A stretch of 64,000 nucleotides of DNA, taken from the NCBI GenBank assembly GCA_035482295.1, contig DATHQX010000222.1, positions 24,911-88,910 of the forward strand. Reading direction: 5' to 3'. The notes below the pieces were generated by a model that was given only the letters and a program-made list of their open reading frames with translations, did no database searches and was not told where the DNA came from. Both the position numbers and the translations under genes were made by a program. This DNA comes from Verrucomicrobiia bacterium. Lineage in GTDB: Bacteria; Acidobacteriota; Terriglobia; Terriglobales; Acidobacteriaceae. Below are positions 49,603 through 58,191 of the stretch, piece by piece; positions within the stretch are counted from its first letter, which is position 1; the number at the start of each line of letters is the position of its first letter.

Positions 49603-50442
49603 TTAGGGCCAGATCTCCAGCGCCGTCTTTTCCAGTATCTGCTGTTTAGTCGCTTCACTGAGTGGTAGCGCACGAAATTCCGCAAGATTATTCGCAATCT
49701 CAGGCACACCCGGACCTGGCCAATCCGTCCCGAACAGCGTCTTGTGGGCTATCTCGTCCAGGCGCGGGAAGTATTTCAGCAGTGTCTTAGGCGGAATGCC
49801 GCTGATATCGAGAAAGACGTTCTTGTGGCGTCGAATAAGGAAAAACGCCGTATTCATCCACAGTGGGCGTCCTCCGTGGGCCAGAAGGATCTTCAGCTTC
49901 GGGAAGTCGACTGCGACGTCGTCAACGTAAATCGGATCACCGTACTTGTTGCGGGCGCCCGGAAAAATCGACGTTCCCGTGTGCACCATGATGGGGATGC
50001 CGTTCGCCTCGGCCGCGCGATAGATAATCTCAAGCTCCTTCACCCCGTTAACGTAGTCATTGGGATAAAGCAGCTGGTGCGGCGGATGTATCTTGATGAG
50101 CTTAATGCCCAGGCGAACAATCTGCTCCATGTCGGCCAGCACATTCGACGTGTGCCGAGGATGGACGCTGCCACAAGGGATCAGCCGTTTCGGATCTTCC
50201 TTGACGTAGTTCGCGATGAACTCGTTGACGGCCGGCGTGAAGCCAATGACCTCCGGCGCGACGTAGTTGATCAGCACAGCGCGGTCAATGCCAATGCCGT
50301 CGAGATGCTTCAGGAATGCCTTTGGCGAAGCGCAGTACTCGGCAACCCGATCGAAGTCCTTGCGGGACTTTTTCATCAGTGCCAGCGCTTCCGGCTTGAA
50401 TAATTCCAGTGGCTGTATGTGGACGTGGCAGTCGGTAATCAT
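49603..50442 (-). CDS. Amidohydrolase_2-family metal-dependent hydrolase/decarboxylase
   Basis: MITDCHVHIQP... (HxH), later VHTG and LAHGG, and a TIM-barrel pattern of the ACMSD/amidohydrolase_2 family. Last gene of the minus-strand cluster. Confidence 0.75.
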   Translation of the reverse strand: MITDCHVHIQPLELFKPEALALMKKSRKDFDRVAEYCASPKAFLKHLDGIGIDRAVLINYVAPEVIGFTPAVNEFIANYVKEDPKRLIPCGSVHPRHTSNVLADMEQIVRLGIKLIKIHPPHQLLYPNDYVNGVKELEIIYRAAEANGIPIMVHTGTSIFPGARNKYGDPIYVDDVAVDFPKLKILLAHGGRPLWMNTAFFLIRRHKNVFLDISGIPPKTLLKYFPRLDEIAHKTLFGTDWPGPGVPEIANNLAEFRALPLSEATKQQILEKTALEIWP

Positions 50443-50516
50443 GAGCAGTTGTCGGTTCTCAGTGATCGGTGGTTAGTCTTCTCGGGTTACTCCGTTTGTC
50501 CGACACTGACAACCGA

Positions 50517-51497
50517 CTAATTCGCGGCCGCCATCACCGCTCGCCTGGCGTAGACCTTTACCATCTCGCGGCGATATTCCGGCGTCAGAACCGACGTCGT
50601 GAGCGGCTTGGCCGTGCGCGCCGCCAGTTCCCCGATTCTTTCCGCGATCTCCTCGGTCGGAGCAAGACCGATCAGGTGCGCGTCCGCATCGTTCAAGAGG
50701 TGCGGCGCCGGATTTACGGCGGTTATCGCGACCCGGGCATCTTCTACCCGGCCGGAGTTCATCTTCATCGCCACGGCGACGCCGGCCAGCGGATAGTCGA
50801 TGCTGCCGCGTATACGGAGCTTCTGATAGCTTCCTCGCCATCCTGCCGACGATGCTGGCAGATGAATGCGAGTGACGATTTCATTTTTCCCCAAATGCAG
50901 CCGCACGATGCCGTCGTTGACGTAGAATTCCGATAGCGGAATACGACGAAGCCCGCTCGATCCGGCGATCTCCAGTTCTGCTCCCAGACACAGGAGAGCA
51001 GGTGCGGTGTCGCCCGAAAAGGCCGCCCAACAAAACTTTCCGCCCGGCGCGACGTGACACAGATTGCCATCCTTCTTCAGGCAAAATCCGCAACTCTTGC
51101 GCCAGGCGAGCGACTGGTTGTACCAGAGACAGCGTGTGTCCAGACAGACGTTGCCGCCCAGCGTGCCCATATTGCGCAGCACGGGCGACGCCACCGTTCT
51201 AACGGCGTCATGCAGGACGGCGTAGTCGCGTCGGATCATCGGCGAGTGCTCTACTTCCGCCAGCGTGGTCAGCGCGCCAATCTCGGCGCCGTTTCCAGCC
51301 ACATCGCGTATGCCGCGCAGCTCAGAAATTCCACGTAAATCCAGAACAAAGCCGGGCGTAAACAATTTCTGCTTCATCGACGGCAGCAGATCGGTTCCAC
51401 CGGCAACGACTTTCAATTCGCCCTCATGCTTCGCCATGAAGGCGACGGCTTCCTCCAGAGTCCTGGGACGCAGTAACTGGAACGTTGGCAGACTCAC
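50517..51497 (-). CDS. Molybdenum-hydroxylase FAD-binding (medium) subunit with an extra Cys4 loop (4-hydroxybenzoyl-CoA reductase beta-like)
   Basis: FAD_binding_5 pattern (VVAGGTDLLPSMK, GTLGGN), plus the insertion CLDTRCLWYNQSLAWRKSCGFCLKKDGNLCHVAPGGKFCWAAF. ATGA overlap with the large-subunit gene. Confidence 0.85.
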   Translation of the reverse strand: MSLPTFQLLRPRTLEEAVAFMAKHEGELKVVAGGTDLLPSMKQKLFTPGFVLDLRGISELRGIRDVAGNGAEIGALTTLAEVEHSPMIRRDYAVLHDAVRTVASPVLRNMGTLGGNVCLDTRCLWYNQSLAWRKSCGFCLKKDGNLCHVAPGGKFCWAAFSGDTAPALLCLGAELEIAGSSGLRRIPLSEFYVNDGIVRLHLGKNEIVTRIHLPASSAGWRGSYQKLRIRGSIDYPLAGVAVAMKMNSGRVEDARVAITAVNPAPHLLNDADAHLIGLAPTEEIAERIGELAARTAKPLTTSVLTPEYRREMVKVYARRAVMAAAN

Positions 51498-54070
51498 CGC
51501 TCACCTCCAGTTGTCGTGCCAGCGGGTTGCCGCGCCGGATCCAACGGATGTCGCATCGGCCCCTTGCCTTTAAACCACAGCGAGCCCCCGTGCTCACGGA
51601 ACGTTGTCGGCGCGGTCGGGTCGACGTGCTCGGTCATCTCGATTCGCTTCAGTCCCTTTTTGGCCCGCAGAGCCGACAGCACGCGTTCGGGTGTGAACGG
51701 AGACTCGCGCAGACGAATGCCAACCGCATCGTAGATTGCGTTGGAGATCGCGGGAATCGTTGCCGCAAGTGAGCCTTCTCCGGCTTCCTTTGCACCGAAC
51801 GGCCCTTCCGGATCGATGCTCTCAACAATCACACAATCGATCTCCGGCGACTCCTCCGACGACGGGCTGCGGTATTCCAGCATGCCCGGATTCATCAGCA
51901 GTCCGTCTTTCCAGACCATCTCCTCCTGCAGGGCCTGACCTAGCCCCATCCATACCGATCCGATCACCTGGCCTTCGACGGCAACGGGATTCAGAGCGCG
52001 TCCGCAATCGTGAGCCGCCCAGATCTTGTGCACGCTGATTTGGCCTGTCTCCTCGTCGACGCTGACCTCAGCGACCTGCGCCGAGTACGAGTACGCAGGT
52101 GACGGACCCACGCCTCCGCCCTTGTGCCGACCTCCGCGTGCCTCGACCGGCGGAGCGTACGAACCGGTTCCCGTCAGCGCTCCGTGAAAGTCGATCGCCG
52201 AAACCACAGCTTCTTCAAAGCTCATGTGCTCTTTCGGACCCTGGTCCTTTCGCGTCTGAAGCACTGAGCCTCGAAGAATCTGCCCATCCACTCGTCCACG
52301 AGGAGCGTCGACCTTCTCGAGGATTTCGGCTGCACCAGGGTCACGGCCGCCGCCGGTCGTTCCACTCTTGTAGACGCGATCGCCCCGCATAATGACGTCT
52401 TCCGGAGCGCAGTCCATTCTCTTCGCGGCTGCGCTCACGATATTCTTCTTCACATCCTGGGCAGCTCGCAGAGCCGCGTTGCCGGCCATGAAAGTTACGC
52501 GGCTCGAGTAAGAACCCAGATCGATCGGCGTGAGGTCGGTGTCGGCGGCGATCACCCGAACGCGCGAAAGGTCGCAGCCCAGCACCTCCGCGACTACCTG
52601 AGCGGTCATGGTGTCCGATCCCTGCCCAATCTCCGAAGCTCCGGTATAAACAACCACTCCGCCATCGCGATCAATTTTGATGTTCACCGTCGAGTGCGGC
52701 ATGTCGGAACGAATGATGCTGTTCGCTGCGCCACTCACGTAGTGGCTGCACGCCATGCCCAACCCGCGGCCCTTTGGCAGCTTGCCTCTGCGCTCATCCC
52801 AGCCTGAGCGGGTGATCACTTGGTCGATGCACTCAGGCAAACCATAGCTCAGCACGCGGAGGCCATTCACCGTGATGGTCGGCGGCTTCAGCAGGTTGAT
52901 TCGGCGTACAGAAGCCGGATTAAGGTTCAGCTTGGCAGCAATCTCGTCCATCTGCGACTCGAAGGCGAAGCGGACATTGACCGTGCCATGTCCGCGCATG
53001 GCGCCGCAGGCTGGCTTGTTAGTAAGCACGCGGTAGCCGTCATATCGGATATGCGGGATGTCATACAAGGCGCCGATCAAGGCGCCCGAGTACAGAATCG
53101 TTACCACTCCGTAAGAACAATAAGCGCCGCCGTCTTGAATAACCTTGCAGGCAACGGAAGTGACGCGGCCATCTTTCTTTACTCCCGTCTTGAGGTCGAT
53201 GATCGTGCGCGGCCGGCCGCGATGCGCCCAAAACACTTCTTCCCGCGTGTAGGTAATCTTCACCGGAGCCCTCGCCGCGCGGGCTGTAACGGCAGCAATA
53301 ATCTCGAGAGGGATAATCTCACTCTTTCCTCCAAAGCCGCCACCCACCAGCGGCTTGATCACCCGGATCTGCGACATCGGCATCTCGAGCACCAGTGAGA
53401 GCTTATGCTGCAGGTAGTAGGGAACCTGCGTCGAAGAAATCACGGTCAAACGGCCGAGTGTACCTGTGTACGGGTCGAGTTCGAAGTTAGCCAGTGTAGA
53501 GTGCGGCTCCATCGCAGCATGCGTCACTTCTTGGGCGATGTACCGTGCTTCGGCGATGTAGTCGGCTTCGGCAAAGCCTTTCTCCGGATCGCCGAAAACA
53601 TGATGGTAGTCCTTCTCGATATTGTTCGGTCGGTTCTCGTGAATGAGATGGCCCTCTGTCTTCATCGACAGTTCTGGGTCGAAATAGGCAGGGAGCGGCT
53701 CGTATTCTACGTCGATTAGTTCGAGGGCGCGTTCGGCAATCTCTTCCGAAACCGCAGCCACGCAAGCAACGTGATCGCCGACATACCGTACCTTGCCGAC
53801 CGCGAGAGCAGTCTCATCGTGACCGACGGGAAGAATGCCGTAGGTGTTAGGCGCATCTTCGCCGGTCACGACGGCAACCACTCCCTCCAACGCCTTCGCG
53901 CGCGAAGTGTCGATGCTCTTGATAAGCGCATGCGGATACGGCGAGTGCAGAATCTTGCCGATCAGCATTCCGGGGAGTTTGAAGTCGTCAGTGTACTTGC
54001 CCGCACCGGTCGTCTTTCCGGCGGCATCGATCATGGCAATGGGCTTACCGATTACTGAAAATTCGCTCAT
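51494..54070 (-). CDS. Molybdopterin-binding large subunit of a xanthine-oxidase-family enzyme (HcrA-like)
   Basis: GKPIAMIDAAGKTTGAGKYTDDF...; GGGFGGK; C-terminal AKEAGEGSL with the conserved Glu. 858 aa, with a C-terminal tail of about 55 aa. Confidence 0.9.
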   Translation of the reverse strand: MSEFSVIGKPIAMIDAAGKTTGAGKYTDDFKLPGMLIGKILHSPYPHALIKSIDTSRAKALEGVVAVVTGEDAPNTYGILPVGHDETALAVGKVRYVGDHVACVAAVSEEIAERALELIDVEYEPLPAYFDPELSMKTEGHLIHENRPNNIEKDYHHVFGDPEKGFAEADYIAEARYIAQEVTHAAMEPHSTLANFELDPYTGTLGRLTVISSTQVPYYLQHKLSLVLEMPMSQIRVIKPLVGGGFGGKSEIIPLEIIAAVTARAARAPVKITYTREEVFWAHRGRPRTIIDLKTGVKKDGRVTSVACKVIQDGGAYCSYGVVTILYSGALIGALYDIPHIRYDGYRVLTNKPACGAMRGHGTVNVRFAFESQMDEIAAKLNLNPASVRRINLLKPPTITVNGLRVLSYGLPECIDQVITRSGWDERRGKLPKGRGLGMACSHYVSGAANSIIRSDMPHSTVNIKIDRDGGVVVYTGASEIGQGSDTMTAQVVAEVLGCDLSRVRVIAADTDLTPIDLGSYSSRVTFMAGNAALRAAQDVKKNIVSAAAKRMDCAPEDVIMRGDRVYKSGTTGGGRDPGAAEILEKVDAPRGRVDGQILRGSVLQTRKDQGPKEHMSFEEAVVSAIDFHGALTGTGSYAPPVEARGGRHKGGGVGPSPAYSYSAQVAEVSVDEETGQISVHKIWAAHDCGRALNPVAVEGQVIGSVWMGLGQALQEEMVWKDGLLMNPGMLEYRSPSSEESPEIDCVIVESIDPEGPFGAKEAGEGSLAATIPAISNAIYDAVGIRLRESPFTPERVLSALRAKKGLKRIEMTEHVDPTAPTTFREHGGSLWFKGKGPMRHPLDPARQPAGTTTGGER

Positions 54071-54073
54071 CGC

Positions 54074-54580
54074 CTACTTCGCCCCCACCAATTCATGTTT
54101 CATGCCCTTTTGTTCCGCGGCAAGCGCGGCCCGAATCGCCTGAAACATCTGTAGATATCCGGTACAGCGGCAGAGATTGCTGCTCAGGGCCTCGCGAATT
54201 TCTTCGTCCGTGGGATCAGGATTCGACGCCAGCAACGCCTTCACCGTCATCATGAAACCGGGCGTGCAGTATCCGCACTGAGCGCCTCCGAAGTCACCGT
54301 ACGCCTTCTGCAATGCCGCGAGCCCGCCATGGTCGGCCAGACCTTCCACGGTAGTGATCTCCTGGCCCTCGCAGCTTGCGGCGAGCATGGTACACGAGAG
54401 CATTGGAACGCCATTCAACTGCACCGTACACGCTCCGCAGGAAGAATCGTCGCAGCCGCGCTTCGAACCCGTGAGATCGAGGTCCTGCCGCAGCACGTCG
54501 AGTAGCAATTTGCTGGGTTCGACAGCTAATTCATGGGTGCGTCGGTTGACGCGTAGTGAAATTAATTCTTTTTTCATCAT
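54074..54580 (-). CDS. [2Fe-2S]-binding small subunit of the molybdenum hydroxylase (HcrC/CoxS-like)
   Basis: Two cluster motifs: GCDDSSCGACTV...SC and QCGYCTPGF...NLCRCTGY. Confidence 0.92.
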   Translation of the reverse strand: MMKKELISLRVNRRTHELAVEPSKLLLDVLRQDLDLTGSKRGCDDSSCGACTVQLNGVPMLSCTMLAASCEGQEITTVEGLADHGGLAALQKAYGDFGGAQCGYCTPGFMMTVKALLASNPDPTDEEIREALSSNLCRCTGYLQMFQAIRAALAAEQKGMKHELVGAK

Positions 54581-54594
54581 GAAGCCTTTAGCCG

Positions 54595-54918
54595 TTAGTA
54601 CAACGGCACCTTCGGATCAATCTCTCTTGCCCAGCGATCGATGCCGCCTCGCAATGATTGAACCTTGTCATATCCCTGCTGTCGAAGCCACGCGGTCACG
54701 TTCCAGGAGCGCACGCCGTGATGGCACAGAATGACGATGTGCTTCTGCTGATCGAGAACGTCGCCATAACGCGACGGGATATCGTTCATCGGAATGTTAA
54801 GCGTGCCGCCGAGGCTCGCGGTCTCGATCTCCCACGGTTCTCGAACGTCGACCAGGACAACGTCCGACCCGTTGTCTCGCAGCGCTTTCAAATCCTCCGG
54901 TGCGATCTCGTAATCCAA
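54595..54918 (-). CDS. Single-domain rhodanese (sulfurtransferase)
   Basis: VDVREPWE...; active-site loop ILCHHGVRS (Cys-x4-Arg). Confidence 0.85.
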   Translation of the reverse strand: MDYEIAPEDLKALRDNGSDVVLVDVREPWEIETASLGGTLNIPMNDIPSRYGDVLDQQKHIVILCHHGVRSWNVTAWLRQQGYDKVQSLRGGIDRWAREIDPKVPLY

Positions 54919-54949
54919 TCTTATTTCCTTTTGACCTGCGCGGCGATCT

Positions 54950-55729
54950 TCACTTCCCTATCCACTTCGGGCGGCGACGTTCGAGAAACGCGTTGATGCC
55001 TTCCTGCGCATCGGAAGTCTTCATCAGCTCGTCGTTGTAAATCTGCTCCGCCCGCGTCAATCCTTTGTCGAAATGCATCGAATCCCACGCATAAAAGGCT
55101 TTCTTGGCTAGCTTCAAGGCCGCTGGGCTTAGTTGCGCGACACGTTGCACGCATTCAGCTGCTAAGGTTTCTGGATCCTCCGCCAGACCGTTAACCAGCC
55201 CTCCAGCCAGCGCCTCTTCCCCGCTTAAAGTTCGATCCGTCAGCAGCAATTCTGCCGCGAGCTTCTGCCCGACGATCGCGGCCAAGGCCACGCTTGCCAC
55301 CGGGGCATAGCAGGCCAGCTTGATTTCCGGAAAACCCCACACGGAATCCGGCGAAGCGTAAATGATGTCGCACATCAGCGCAAGTTCCGCTCCGCCTCCG
55401 AGGCAATGCCGCCGAACACTCGCAATCGTAAGCTTGCTGCTAGAAACAATCGAGCGAATCACACTATGAAAATCGGTCAGCATGCCACGCACCTTGTCCG
55501 GTGTGTGCGCCGCAATATCTACTCCGCTGGAGAACCCGCGCTCGGAACCTGCGAAGACAATGACACTGATCTCCGGCCGCGCCTCAACCTGTTCCAATGC
55601 AGCGCGCAACTCTTCCATCATCCGGATGTCGATGATGTTCAGCGGCGGATTGTTGAGTGTCACGCGAGCTGCGGGAGGCCGAAGCTCGACCGCGATACGC
55701 GTGAACGTGTTGCTGGACGCAGAGTTCAT
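54950..55729 (-). CDS. Enoyl-CoA hydratase/isomerase (crotonase) family protein
   Basis: Crotonase-fold pattern: LNNPPLNII...VIVFAGSERGFSSGVDI...IASVRRHCLGGGAELALMCDIIYA. Confidence 0.85.
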   Translation of the reverse strand: MNSASSNTFTRIAVELRPPAARVTLNNPPLNIIDIRMMEELRAALEQVEARPEISVIVFAGSERGFSSGVDIAAHTPDKVRGMLTDFHSVIRSIVSSSKLTIASVRRHCLGGGAELALMCDIIYASPDSVWGFPEIKLACYAPVASVALAAIVGQKLAAELLLTDRTLSGEEALAGGLVNGLAEDPETLAAECVQRVAQLSPAALKLAKKAFYAWDSMHFDKGLTRAEQIYNDELMKTSDAQEGINAFLERRRPKWIGK

Positions 55730-55844
55730 GAATGCGGGTCTCTCCGCTATGCGGCTCCGACTTTCTTCATTGCCAATCCAAAGGTAATCCTTACAGCTAA
55801 AACAAATTTCGCGCTTCCGGCTAACGGGTCAATCATCATACTCC

Positions 55845-56663
55845 CTACTTCGCCGTGAACTTCGCCGGACGCTTTTCGATATATGCCGCCAGACCTTCCT
55901 TTGCGTCGGCACTTTCGAAGAGCAGTTGCTGATTTTCCCGCTCCAGAGCCAACCCGGCTTCAATCGGAATCTCCCAGCCGGTCTGCACTGCGCGCTTGAT
56001 ACGTCCTACCGCCTTGGCGGCCTTATTAGGCGGACAGAACTGGCGAGCATAGTTCATCACCTGCTCAGAAAAATCATCCCCTTCGAAAATCTCATTCACG
56101 AGCCCAAATTCCTTCGCCTCGTCGAAGGAAAAGGTCTTGCCCAGCACCATCAGTTCAATGGCCTTCGATTTGCCCAGAAGCCTCGACAGACGCTGTGTTC
56201 CGCCGGTTCCCGGAAGTACGCCAAGATTCACTTCCGGCAGACCAATCTTGCCGGAGTCTTTGCGCGCTAGACGAATGTCGGCTGCCATGGCGACTTCAAG
56301 CCCTCCGCCGACACAGTGTCCGTTCAGCCCGGCGATCACCAGCTTGGGCGTGTGCTCCAGACGAAGTAACGTCTCGTTCGCATGCAGGCAGAAGTAGTAC
56401 TTGAAGGTCGGATCGACCTCGGTGAGCATCTGAATGTTGGCTCCGGCGCAAAAGAACTTCTCTCCTGCCCCTGTCAGCACGATCACGTACACGCCTTCGT
56501 CCATACGCGCCTGCAGAATCGCATCGTCGAGCTGGCGGTTCATCTCATAGCTGTACGTGTTCGCAGGAGGATCGTTCAGCTCAATCACCGCAACTCCGTT
56601 TTCGGTGCGGTAACGAATCAGCTGCTTGTTCTCTGTGGCTACGCTCGACGTCGTACTACTCAT
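55845..56663 (-). CDS. Enoyl-CoA hydratase/isomerase (crotonase) family protein
   Basis: VAVIELNDPPANTYS...VIVLTGAGEKFFCAGANI...IAGLNGHCVGGGLEVAMAADIRLA. Confidence 0.85.
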   Translation of the reverse strand: MSSTTSSVATENKQLIRYRTENGVAVIELNDPPANTYSYEMNRQLDDAILQARMDEGVYVIVLTGAGEKFFCAGANIQMLTEVDPTFKYYFCLHANETLLRLEHTPKLVIAGLNGHCVGGGLEVAMAADIRLARKDSGKIGLPEVNLGVLPGTGGTQRLSRLLGKSKAIELMVLGKTFSFDEAKEFGLVNEIFEGDDFSEQVMNYARQFCPPNKAAKAVGRIKRAVQTGWEIPIEAGLALERENQQLLFESADAKEGLAAYIEKRPAKFTAK

Positions 56664-56678
56664 CCAAATGCACCTCCC

Positions 56679-57422
56679 TTAATTTCCGGCTTTACGCGCG
56701 GCCTTTCGCACTTGGGTTTTTGCGCGAGGACTTTTCCTTGCCGAAACCGCAGCGTCCTTACTTTCTTCTCTGGCAGTCCGGATTCCGCTTAGGAAAATGT
56801 CGCCGAACTCACGCGCCAAAACCTCCGCGTCGGGATCGACGCGCGGCCTATACCAGGTGTAAAGCCAGTTCATCATGCCGAACAGACCCATAACAGCGGT
56901 CCGCGTATTGATGCCTTCCGACTCAGCATTCGGGCCCGCCGGCTTCAACCCGTCGGCCTTCACGAGGTCGTCCACCAACCCGACGCAGATACGGTAATAC
57001 TCGCGCTTGATCGCCGCCAGTTCAGACCCGTATCCGTTCTTCAAGATGTCGTCTTCGTGCGAGAGCACCTTCATCGCCTTCTGCTTGGCTACGGAGTAGT
57101 CAACGTGGTTGTGCACGAAGATGCGGATACGGGTCTCCGGATCGTTGCTGGTCGCCAGACGCGTCCGCAAGCGCTCCATAATGGTCCTGAAGGTGTGCTG
57201 CTGGATGAAGTACAGCAACTTCTCTTTCGATTCGAAGTAGTAATACAGCCCCGCCAGCGAGATGCCGCTGCGTCGCGACAGATCGCGCATCGAGGCTCCT
57301 TCGTATCCTTTCTCTGCGAAAACTTCGGTGGCATAGTCAAGGATTTCGGCGAGGCGCCGGTCAAACCGCGTATCCTGGGGAGTGGGGCGTTCGCCATCGC
57401 GACTTGTGATAGAGGCTGGCAT
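56679..57422 (-). CDS. TetR/AcrR-family transcriptional regulator
   Basis: N-terminal HTH ILDYATEVFAEKGYEGASMRDLSRRSGISLAGLYYYFESKEKLL. First gene of the minus-strand cluster. Confidence 0.9.
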   Translation of the reverse strand: MPASITSRDGERPTPQDTRFDRRLAEILDYATEVFAEKGYEGASMRDLSRRSGISLAGLYYYFESKEKLLYFIQQHTFRTIMERLRTRLATSNDPETRIRIFVHNHVDYSVAKQKAMKVLSHEDDILKNGYGSELAAIKREYYRICVGLVDDLVKADGLKPAGPNAESEGINTRTAVMGLFGMMNWLYTWYRPRVDPDAEVLAREFGDIFLSGIRTAREESKDAAVSARKSPRAKTQVRKAARKAGN

Positions 57423-57463
57423 GTCGGTAAGGTGGTAGGCGTTAAAGGTAAGAACAGATTCGC

Positions 57464-57475
57464 ACGAACGTTCGT
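57464..57475. promoter_or_regulatory. Perfect 12-bp palindrome, candidate TetR operator
   Basis: ACGAACGTTCGT lies 42 nt upstream of the tetR-like ATG (57422), in the 304-bp divergent intergenic region. Confidence 0.4.
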
Positions 57476-57726
57476 TCTAATTCTATAGCATTCGGTGAGA
57501 GGGCGGCAAGTTAGCACCGCGCCTCCGTTTTTCCCTTCTCGCCGTTCTTCCGTTGCGATTGCATAAAAGGCAAGATGGGAAGATGGCAACTCGGTCCATC
57601 GACTCCCATTATGGTTGAGAATGTCGCGGCAAACTCGCCATTCGAAACCCTTTCATTGACAAGTCTGTCGCGAACAGGCAAACTGCAGAATTCCTGAGTA
57701 TTCGGCCGTAGACCACCGCGCCTCAG

Positions 57727-58191
57727 GTGAGCGAGCGATTGATGACCGCGCCACAACGCGTTTCGTACCGGATGGAATCAACGCTGGAAAGCGTAAATAA
57801 GGCCGAGGAGATGGCTGATCGGATATCGGCCCAGGCCGGTTTTGACGAAGACACTCGCAGCGGCATCTCCATGGCGGTTCGGGAGGGCATGATCAACGCC
57901 GTATTGCACGGCAATGCCTACGACCCGGCCAAGCGCGTGAATCTGACTATGGAGCAGAGCGGCCAGCAGTTAATATTCACGATTACTGATGAAGGTAAAG
58001 GCTTTGTACCTGACGAGGTGCCCGACCCGCTGGCTCCCGAGAACCTTTTAAAAGAGTCGGGCCGTGGCATATTCTTAATGCGGGCATTCATGGATGAGGT
58101 TCGGTTTCGTAAACTGAATCCCGGCACTGAAATCATTTTGATCAAGCGGCTCCAGGGCAATGATCTGGACCGCCAGGAGGCTTCCACGTGA
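57727..58191 (+). CDS. Anti-sigma-factor-type Ser kinase (RsbW/SpoIIAB-like HATPase_c)
   Basis: N-box AVREGMINAVLHGN, G1 DEGKGF, G2 ESGRGIFLM. GTG start. Confidence 0.85.
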   Translation: MSERLMTAPQRVSYRMESTLESVNKAEEMADRISAQAGFDEDTRSGISMAVREGMINAVLHGNAYDPAKRVNLTMEQSGQQLIFTITDEGKGFVPDEVPDPLAPENLLKESGRGIFLMRAFMDEVRFRKLNPGTEIILIKRLQGNDLDRQEAST

